DNA of 64,000 nt from Lentisphaerae bacterium GWF2_57_35 (lineage in GTDB: Bacteria; Verrucomicrobiota; Kiritimatiellia; CAIQIC01; GWF2-57-35). Below the pieces are notes generated by a model that made no database searches, was not told where the DNA came from, and saw only the letters and a list, made by a program, of their open reading frames with translations. Location of the stretch: positions 9,547 to 73,546 of the forward strand of contig MHBK01000061.1 of NCBI GenBank assembly GCA_001804865.1. Reading direction: 5' to 3'. A program made the position numbers and the translations under genes. Below are positions 54,821-61,275 of this stretch, one piece after another; position 1 is the first letter of the stretch, and every line of letters starts with the position of its first letter.

Positions 54821-56102
54821 GTCTTCGATCCATCCAGCGTACGGGTTTCCGGCTGTCCGGGGGATAAACCAGCGCCCGCATGGTTTCCGGCGTTTCCTCG
54901 ATCACCTCGGGGGCGGCGCGCAGCCGCGACCGGAGCCGGTCGCGAATCGCATCCAGCCCGCTTGCGCCGCCTTTAAATGATGTATGAATCACCAGGGCAT
55001 CGCAACCCTTTTCGACCGTGCGCACTTCCACGCAGTATTCCTGGATGTCTTCGATTTCGTCCAACGCGGCAAAAACGGCGGGCGGATAAAGCGTGGTGCC
55101 CTTGAACTTCAGCATTTGCGATTTGCGCCCGAGAATGGGGCCAAGCCGCACAGAGGTGCGTCCGCAGGCGCACGGTTCGTCGGCCAGGAAGCCGATGTCG
55201 CCGGTTTTGAAGCGCAGCAGCGGCATGGCCTCGACGCCCAGCGGGGTCAGGGTGACTTCGCCCACGGCGCCTGCGGGCAGGGGGCGGTCGTGTTCGTCCA
55301 GTATTTCCACAAGGGCCAATTCCGGCAGCAGATGCCCTCCGCATTGCGCTTCGCATTCGCAAAACGAGGTGACGGTTTCGCTGGAGGCGTAGGTGGAATA
55401 CACGCGCGTCGCCCATGTCTGCTCGATACGGACGGCGGCCGGCAGGGGCTTCCAGGTCTTGTCGCGCAGGGGTTCGCCGATGGCCGCCATCAGGCGTACG
55501 CCGGCGGTGAAGGGGGGAATGCCCATTTGCTCCAGCGCGCCGCCGAGTTTGTTCAGGAAGGACGGCACGCCGACAATCACGGAGGGCTGCCAGCGTTGTA
55601 TGATGTCGGCCAGGCCGCCCAGCGGCGAGTGCCCGGCGCGGATCACGGCGGCGCCGATTTTGCGGAGGCCCAGGTAGTAGGCCAGCCCGGCGACAAAGCA
55701 ACGATCCATCGTGCAGGTCAGCAAGACCACATCGCTGCGGCGGATGCCGCAACCGGAGAGCGCGAGTTGCTCGTTGACGGCCAGCCGGTCGAGATCCGCC
55801 GCCGTATAAGCCACGCGGGTGGGCGTGCCGGTCGTACCCGAGGATTGGACGATGTCCGCGAGTTGAGCCGGCGGGACCGCGAGAAAGTCGTCGTTGTGCA
55901 GGGCGAATTCGCTTTTGGTCGTGACGGGCAGGTCGGTCAGGGCCAGGCCGCCGGCCTTTCGCCCGATATGCCGTTCGGTTCCCATCAGCTTCCGGTAATA
56001 CGGCGAGTGAAGGAGGCAGTGCCGGACGTGCTTATGCAGCAGGCGTTGCTGGACTTTTTCCTGGTCCTGGCGGCCGGCGAACGAGAGCCCTTTTTTCAGC
56101 AT
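54801..56102 (-). CDS. PaaK/F390-synthetase-like adenylate-forming acid-CoA (or -ACP) ligase
   Basis: SSGTTGTPTRVAYT (adenylation motif), ...YASSETV..., and a PaaK-like C-terminal domain. 433 aa. Confidence 0.7.
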   Translation of the reverse strand: MLKKGLSFAGRQDQEKVQQRLLHKHVRHCLLHSPYYRKLMGTERHIGRKAGGLALTDLPVTTKSEFALHNDDFLAVPPAQLADIVQSSGTTGTPTRVAYTAADLDRLAVNEQLALSGCGIRRSDVVLLTCTMDRCFVAGLAYYLGLRKIGAAVIRAGHSPLGGLADIIQRWQPSVIVGVPSFLNKLGGALEQMGIPPFTAGVRLMAAIGEPLRDKTWKPLPAAVRIEQTWATRVYSTYASSETVTSFCECEAQCGGHLLPELALVEILDEHDRPLPAGAVGEVTLTPLGVEAMPLLRFKTGDIGFLADEPCACGRTSVRLGPILGRKSQMLKFKGTTLYPPAVFAALDEIEDIQEYCVEVRTVEKGCDALVIHTSFKGGASGLDAIRDRLRSRLRAAPEVIEETPETMRALVYPPDSRKPVRWMDRRHDRLHT

Positions 56103-56845
56103 GATTCCAGCTCCTTATCCATGACGGCCAATTCCGCCGACATCGCATCCCGGATTCTGTTTTTCAGCGCAAAAGCCGACCAGCCGTTGTACTGCTCCGG
56201 CGTCCATTCCTTCAACTTGTGCAAGAGAATCACGCCGGGCTCCATCCAGAGGGAGCCCCGCCGGGGGATGCGTTCGGTGCCCGCGATGCACAGGGGCACA
56301 ATTGGCGTCTGGGCCTGCATGGCCAGGCGAAAAGCCGCGCTGTAGAAAACGTTCATCTGCCGGTCGCCGGAGCGGGTTCCTTCCGGGAAGAACACGATGG
56401 CCTGGCCCTTCCGCAGCACGGACAGGGCCTGCTCCATCAGGTCCTCGGGCGAAAGGTCGGTTACGCACAGATATCCCGCCCGCTGGGCCATAAAGCCCAG
56501 CAAGGGAATCCGCAGCACCCAGCGCTTGAAGACCTGGATGCCGTCAAAAGACAGCCGCGCCATCAGGAAGGCGTCCGAAGAAGACCGGTGATTGCAGACG
56601 AACACGCAGGCCCCCTTGGCGTAGGCGGGGAAGCGATCCCGGTATTTGATCCGGATGAACGGATAGGGCAGGGCCAGAATAAGGCGGCCGAAAACCTTCA
56701 CGGCCCTTCTGGTCAGATCGGCGTACCGGGCTTTCGGGATTAGCGGCGAACACGCCGCCAAAAGACACGACCCGGGAAGGATCAGAAAAAGAAAAGCCAG
56801 ACTCGTAATGAGCAAAAGCCATGCATTGAACAGCAAATGCATCAT
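56096..56845 (-). CDS. PlsC-type lysophospholipid/1-acyl-glycerol-3-phosphate acyltransferase family protein
   Basis: NHRSSSD (HX4D) and FPEGTRS motifs. N-terminal TM helix. Confidence 0.8.
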   Translation of the reverse strand: MMHLLFNAWLLLITSLAFLFLILPGSCLLAACSPLIPKARYADLTRRAVKVFGRLILALPYPFIRIKYRDRFPAYAKGACVFVCNHRSSSDAFLMARLSFDGIQVFKRWVLRIPLLGFMAQRAGYLCVTDLSPEDLMEQALSVLRKGQAIVFFPEGTRSGDRQMNVFYSAAFRLAMQAQTPIVPLCIAGTERIPRRGSLWMEPGVILLHKLKEWTPEQYNGWSAFALKNRIRDAMSAELAVMDKELESC

Positions 56846-57114
56846 GGGGCAGTGGGGGTGTTCATCTCCTGTTGAACGGCGGCAATGAACGAGTAGATGC
56901 TCTGAAGAGTGCCCAGTTGCCGAATCCGCTCGTCATCCCGAATCGTCACGTCGAATTCCTTTTGCAGCGCGACGATCAAATCCACGGTATCCAGGCTGTC
57001 GAGTCCGAAATCCTGGAAGATATGCGCGGTGGGAACGAGGCGTTCCTGTTCGATCTCAAAGTATTCGACAAGCACTTTGTTGGTTCGTTGAACGATTTCT
57101 GCCTCGGTAAACAT
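56842..57114 (-). CDS. Acyl carrier protein
   Basis: FGLDSLDTVDLIVALQ DSL motif. Internal ATG at 57114 chosen. Confidence 0.8.
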   Translation of the reverse strand: MFTEAEIVQRTNKVLVEYFEIEQERLVPTAHIFQDFGLDSLDTVDLIVALQKEFDVTIRDDERIRQLGTLQSIYSFIAAVQQEMNTPTAP

Positions 57115-57133
57115 AGAACTAATCCCTTTTTTA

Positions 57134-58369
57134 TTATGTCCGGTCGTTAAAACGATAAAGGAGTGTGGCATTGATGCCGCCAAAAGCAAAGCCGTTCTTT
57201 AAAAGAGTGCGCGTTCGGGCCTCGCGCGTTTCGACGACGTGATCGATGCCCGCGCAATCCGGATCGAGATTTTTCAAGTTGTGCGTGGGGAACAGCCGGT
57301 TGCGCCGCGCCATCTCCACGCAAACAATGCTTTCCAAAGCGCCGGCGGCTCCGAGCGTGTGCCCGAGATGCCCCTTGAAACTGCTGACCGGGGTGCGGCT
57401 TCCAAAGATTGTTCGGATGGCCTCGGCCTCGGCGCAGTCGCCCTGCGGCGTGGCGGTGGCATGCGCGTTGACGTAATCCACTTCGGACGCCTTTACGCCC
57501 GCCTTGTTCAGGGCGGTCGTCATGCATTGAATCATCGCCGCGCTGTTCGACTGGCTGATCTGATCGCCCGTGCTGCACGTGTGGTAGCCGATGACTTCGC
57601 CGAAGATGGGGGCGTTGCGCTTTTGCGCGTGCTCCAGCTCCTCGAGCAGCAAAATGCCGGCGCCTTCGCCGCAGACCAGGCCGTCGCGGTCCCGGTCGAA
57701 AGGCCGGGGCGTTTGCTGCGGGCGGTCGTTGAAGCCCTTGGAGGCGGCGTACAGCACGTCGAACGAGCCCGTCACCATGGGATGAAGCTCTTCCGCGCCG
57801 CCGCAGAGGACCCTATCCTGTTCGCCCCAGCGGATCAAATCGTAGCCCATGCCGATGGATTGCATGCTCGAAGCGCAGGCGGCGGAAGGGCTATAGACCA
57901 TGCCGCGGATTGTAAGATGGTTCGCCACATTCAGCGCCGCCGTGTGCGAGATGCACTGGAAAAACTCCATCGTGGTGACTTTCGAGATGTCGTAATCGGG
58001 GAGCAGTTTTTCGATGGACGAGGCCAGGGTGTTGGTGCTGCCGATGGTGGAGCTGATCACGCAGCCGGTTCGCTCGCTCTGCACTTGCGCATCCGACAAC
58101 CCGGCGGCCGCGATGGCCTGTTTGGCCGCCAGCGCGGAATAGATGCTCATCTTGCTCATCGACCGGCGGTCCTGCCGGGGAATGATTTTTTCGTCCACGC
58201 CCAGGACCGGCGCGGCCACCTTGCTGCGGAGCATCGGATATTTCTGCCATTCCTCGATAATACGCGTCGCGCATTGGCCTGCGGCCACCGCATCGACCAT
58301 GGAGCCCACCTCGTTGCCCAAAGGGGAGATGGCGCCCATGCCGGTAATGACTACTCGTCGGAATTCCAT
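57134..58369 (-). CDS. Beta-ketoacyl-ACP synthase II-like KS
   Basis: SAACASSMQS (Cys), VNAHATATPQGD (His), GHLGHTLGAAG (His). GAGGA RBS before ATG 58369. Confidence 0.9.
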   Translation of the reverse strand: MEFRRVVITGMGAISPLGNEVGSMVDAVAAGQCATRIIEEWQKYPMLRSKVAAPVLGVDEKIIPRQDRRSMSKMSIYSALAAKQAIAAAGLSDAQVQSERTGCVISSTIGSTNTLASSIEKLLPDYDISKVTTMEFFQCISHTAALNVANHLTIRGMVYSPSAACASSMQSIGMGYDLIRWGEQDRVLCGGAEELHPMVTGSFDVLYAASKGFNDRPQQTPRPFDRDRDGLVCGEGAGILLLEELEHAQKRNAPIFGEVIGYHTCSTGDQISQSNSAAMIQCMTTALNKAGVKASEVDYVNAHATATPQGDCAEAEAIRTIFGSRTPVSSFKGHLGHTLGAAGALESIVCVEMARRNRLFPTHNLKNLDPDCAGIDHVVETREARTRTLLKNGFAFGGINATLLYRFNDRT

Positions 58370-58426
58370 CTCGTCCTCGCTGTTGTTCCGCCACGACAAA
58401 TTTCCATCGCTCCGCCGTTCCCTTTC

Positions 58427-59161
58427 TTACGACATGGCCAGTCCGCCGTTGACGCTGAACACCTGGCCTTGGATGTACGACGCTTCGTCGGAGCAAAGAT
58501 AGTTGACCAGCGACGCCACCTCGTCCGCCGTGCCCACCCGTTGCAGCGGGATGTGCGGAACGATGTCCTTCACCGGCAGATGCCCGATCATCTCGGTTTC
58601 GATGAGGCCGGGCGATACGGCATTGACCAGAATGTTCTTCTTTCCAACCTCCCGGGCCAACGCTTTCACGGTGCCGATCAGCCCCGCCTTGGACGCGGCA
58701 TAATTGACCTGTCCCGCCTGCCCGACTTCGCCGGAAACGGACGTGATGGCAACGATCCGTCCGCGCTTTTCCCTCAACATGGGAAAGAGCACCGCCTTGA
58801 CGACATTAAAAAAGCCGTTGAGATTGACGTTGATGACGTCGTTCCATTCGCCGGGCGTCATCCAGACCATCAAATTGTCCTTGGCGATGCCGGCATTGTA
58901 AACCACGGCATGGGGAGGAGTGGCGTCCGCCTTCTGGCTCAGGGCGTCGTGCGTGGCTTGGTAGTCGGCCACGTCGAAAGCGAACAGCTCGCAGTCCCGG
59001 CCCAGTGCATGAATCTCGCCTTGAAGGCTTTGGGCCTCCTCGTGGCGGCTTTTGTACGTCAGCCAGATATCGAAGCCGCTACGGGCCAACCGTAGCGCTA
59101 TGGCTCTTCCAATGCCCCTGCTTCCCCCCGCGACCAGTGCAATACGTCGTAAGTCGTTCAT
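58427..59161 (-). CDS. fabG: 3-oxoacyl-ACP reductase (SDR family, FabG/ApeQ-like)
   Basis: ALVAGGSRGIGRAIA (TGxxxGxG-like), NAG, YxxxK in ...NYAASKAG... Confidence 0.85.
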   Translation of the reverse strand: MNDLRRIALVAGGSRGIGRAIALRLARSGFDIWLTYKSRHEEAQSLQGEIHALGRDCELFAFDVADYQATHDALSQKADATPPHAVVYNAGIAKDNLMVWMTPGEWNDVINVNLNGFFNVVKAVLFPMLREKRGRIVAITSVSGEVGQAGQVNYAASKAGLIGTVKALAREVGKKNILVNAVSPGLIETEMIGHLPVKDIVPHIPLQRVGTADEVASLVNYLCSDEASYIQGQVFSVNGGLAMS

Positions 59162-59199
59162 CCAAAACAGTTGATTGCCAAAGTTTTATTAAAGCTGAG

Positions 59200-59214
59200 C
59201 ACGAAAATTTCGTG
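59200..59214. promoter_or_regulatory. 15-bp perfect palindrome CACGAAAATTTCGTG in the AT-rich leader upstream of the fabG-led operon; candidate repressor operator
   Basis: Lies 39-53 bp upstream of the fabG start codon (minus strand) in the only AT-rich stretch of that intergenic region. Confidence 0.3.
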
Positions 59215-59389
59215 CGGTTATATGGACGAGATATAGTTGAATAATCCGACCGCAAGCAAGCTCAAAGTCGGAAGAGCGCCGATTTCAGGCGAATCCTGCT
59301 GCGGTGGGCTCCTTTTGGAGCTGGGCTGCCCTCAAGCGCCCTTGCTCACAAGCAGTTCTTGCAGGTAGGATATCTGCATGAGGGAGGGA

Positions 59390-59970
59390 ATGCCCAATCG
59401 GCAGAGCATCCGGAAGGAGGGGTGGGATTACACCGCGCCGGGCTGGTATTTCGTGACGTGCAATACGCAGGAAAACCGACCCTTGTTCGGGGCTGTCGTG
59501 AATGGGCGGATCGTCTTGAGCGAGGCGGGAAGGGTGGCCGAGGAATGTTGGAGGGAGATCCCGGCGCATTTTTCTGGTACGCACATTGACGAATTCGTGA
59601 TCATGCCCGACCACCTGCATGGCCTGTTCCGGGCGAAGCGATTCTCTCCGGTTTTCTTTCGCCCATGGAGCGGGCCGTTTTTAAGGCGAGTTTGGAACAC
59701 AAACGGCCCACGATTTGGGTGAAGCCGTGGGGACTGACGGAGGGCGTGGCCGCGCCCCCCATTCGCCGGGCCCTTGCAGAAGGCCGCTTGCTTCTTCTCT
59801 CGCCTTTCGATGACCGGACCGATGTTCCCAGCGTCCGCCGCGCGGTTTGGTGCAATCAATATGTGCTGGCGCGCTGCGACCGCGCCGTGGTCGGGCGACT
59901 CGCTCCCGGCGGAATGCTGGCCTGTATTTTATCCGAAGCGGACCCTGAGATGGAGATCGCGTATTTGTGA
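59390..59970 (+). mobile_element. REP-associated tyrosine transposase (RAYT/TnpA_REP, IS200-like fold); apparently degenerate or frameshifted
   Basis: GAGGGAGGGA RBS before ATG 59390. MPNRQSIRKEGWDYTAPGWYFVTCNTQENRPLFG...IDEFVIMPDHLHGLF contains the RAYT YxVT-like N-terminal motif and the HxH motif. The frame terminates at 59722 and a different frame (59665..59970) continues. No catalytic-Tyr motif (YxYxNP) is seen in either frame. Confidence 0.6.
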
Positions 59971-60096
59971 TCGTGGCCTCGCGGCCCAGAGCCATAATGC
60001 GAATTGCTGGTTGAATTTCGGGTGGTATATAGTTGAGGGGTGATTGCACAATAGCCTGGATGAATTTTTCGAAGCGGCCAACAGGAAAGTGAAGCC

Positions 60097-61275
60097 ATGA
60101 AGAAGATATGGATTGGGATCATCGCGCTCGTGTTGCTGGGATCGATCGGCTGGCGCGTCTGGCAGAAGGTCGAAGAAGCCCGCGGCCGGGAGCGGCGGGG
60201 CGGGGCGCGGCCCGTGCCGGTCGTGGTCGAGCCGGTGCGCCGGGAAGCCATCCGGGACGTGAGCGAATTCACAGGAACGCTATTGCCGCGCGCCCAGTTT
60301 ATGGCGGCGCCGAAAATTCCGGGACGGTTGGAACGGCTGCTGGTTCATATCGGCGATGTCGTGACGAATGGAACGTTGATTGCGGTTCTGGACAGCGAGG
60401 AATACGAGCAGCAGGTGCTGCAGGCTCGCGCCGAACTCGATGTCGGCCGCGCAATGCTGGCGGAGGCGCGCAGCGCGCTGAACATTGCCGGCCGCGAACT
60501 TCAACGCGTCAAGGAGTTGCGAGTCCAACAGGTAGCCTCGGAAGCCGAACTCGACGAGGCCGATTCCCGCCATCGGGCCGCCCAGGCCAAGGTGCAGGTG
60601 GCCGAGGCGCAGATCGAGCAGCGGGCCGCGGCTTTGCGAACTGCCGAGGTGCGCCTTTCGTACAGCCGCATTCATGTCTCCTGGGAAAACGGGGACGGAC
60701 GACGGCTGATTTCTGAGCGGTTTGTCGACGAGGGCGCCTTGCTGAAGGCGAACGATGCGATTGTGTCGGTGGTGGACGTGGACGTTGTGCTGGCGGTCAT
60801 TTATGTTATCGAACAGGATTTTCCTGAAATTCGTCTGGGGCAGGAGGCGGAGATTTTTACCGATGCCTATCCTGGCCGCGCGTTTTCCGGCCGCGTGGTG
60901 CGCCGCGCCCCCGTGCTGCGGGAGGAAACGCGCCAGGCGCGGGTGGAGATCGAATTGCCCAATGAAGAGCGGCTGTTGGCGCCCGGCATGTTCGTCCGGG
61001 CGCGCATTCAGTTCGCACAGAGCGAACAGGCGCAAGTCATTCCCATCACGGCGCTGGTCCGGCGCAACGAGCAGCAGGGCGTTTTCGCGGCGGACCTCGA
61101 AACGAAAAAAGCCCGCTTTGTGCCTGTCCGGCTGGGGATCGTCAGCGCCGATTCCGCAGAAGTGCTGGAACCGGCCCTGGACGGCCTGGTCGTGACCATC
61201 GGCCAGCATTTGCTGAGCGACGGCGCGGCGATTGCGCTGCCGGCTCCGGCCGGCAGCCAGGGGAAGCAGCCATGA
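60097..61275 (+). CDS. RND efflux membrane fusion protein (periplasmic adaptor, HlyD/AcrA family)
   Basis: N-terminal TM anchor, coiled-coil hairpin (...QARAELDVGRAMLAEARSAL...), then beta-barrel/MP domains. Confidence 0.85.
   Translation: MKKIWIGIIALVLLGSIGWRVWQKVEEARGRERRGGARPVPVVVEPVRREAIRDVSEFTGTLLPRAQFMAAPKIPGRLERLLVHIGDVVTNGTLIAVLDSEEYEQQVLQARAELDVGRAMLAEARSALNIAGRELQRVKELRVQQVASEAELDEADSRHRAAQAKVQVAEAQIEQRAAALRTAEVRLSYSRIHVSWENGDGRRLISERFVDEGALLKANDAIVSVVDVDVVLAVIYVIEQDFPEIRLGQEAEIFTDAYPGRAFSGRVVRRAPVLREETRQARVEIELPNEERLLAPGMFVRARIQFAQSEQAQVIPITALVRRNEQQGVFAADLETKKARFVPVRLGIVSADSAEVLEPALDGLVVTIGQHLLSDGAAIALPAPAGSQGKQP

Noticed and set aside
59971-60096. Possible sigma70 promoter (TTGAAT ... 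TATATAG) upstream of the RND operon
   Set aside because: Spacer lengths (9-11 nt) do not fit a canonical -35/-10 arrangement. Not reported as a feature.
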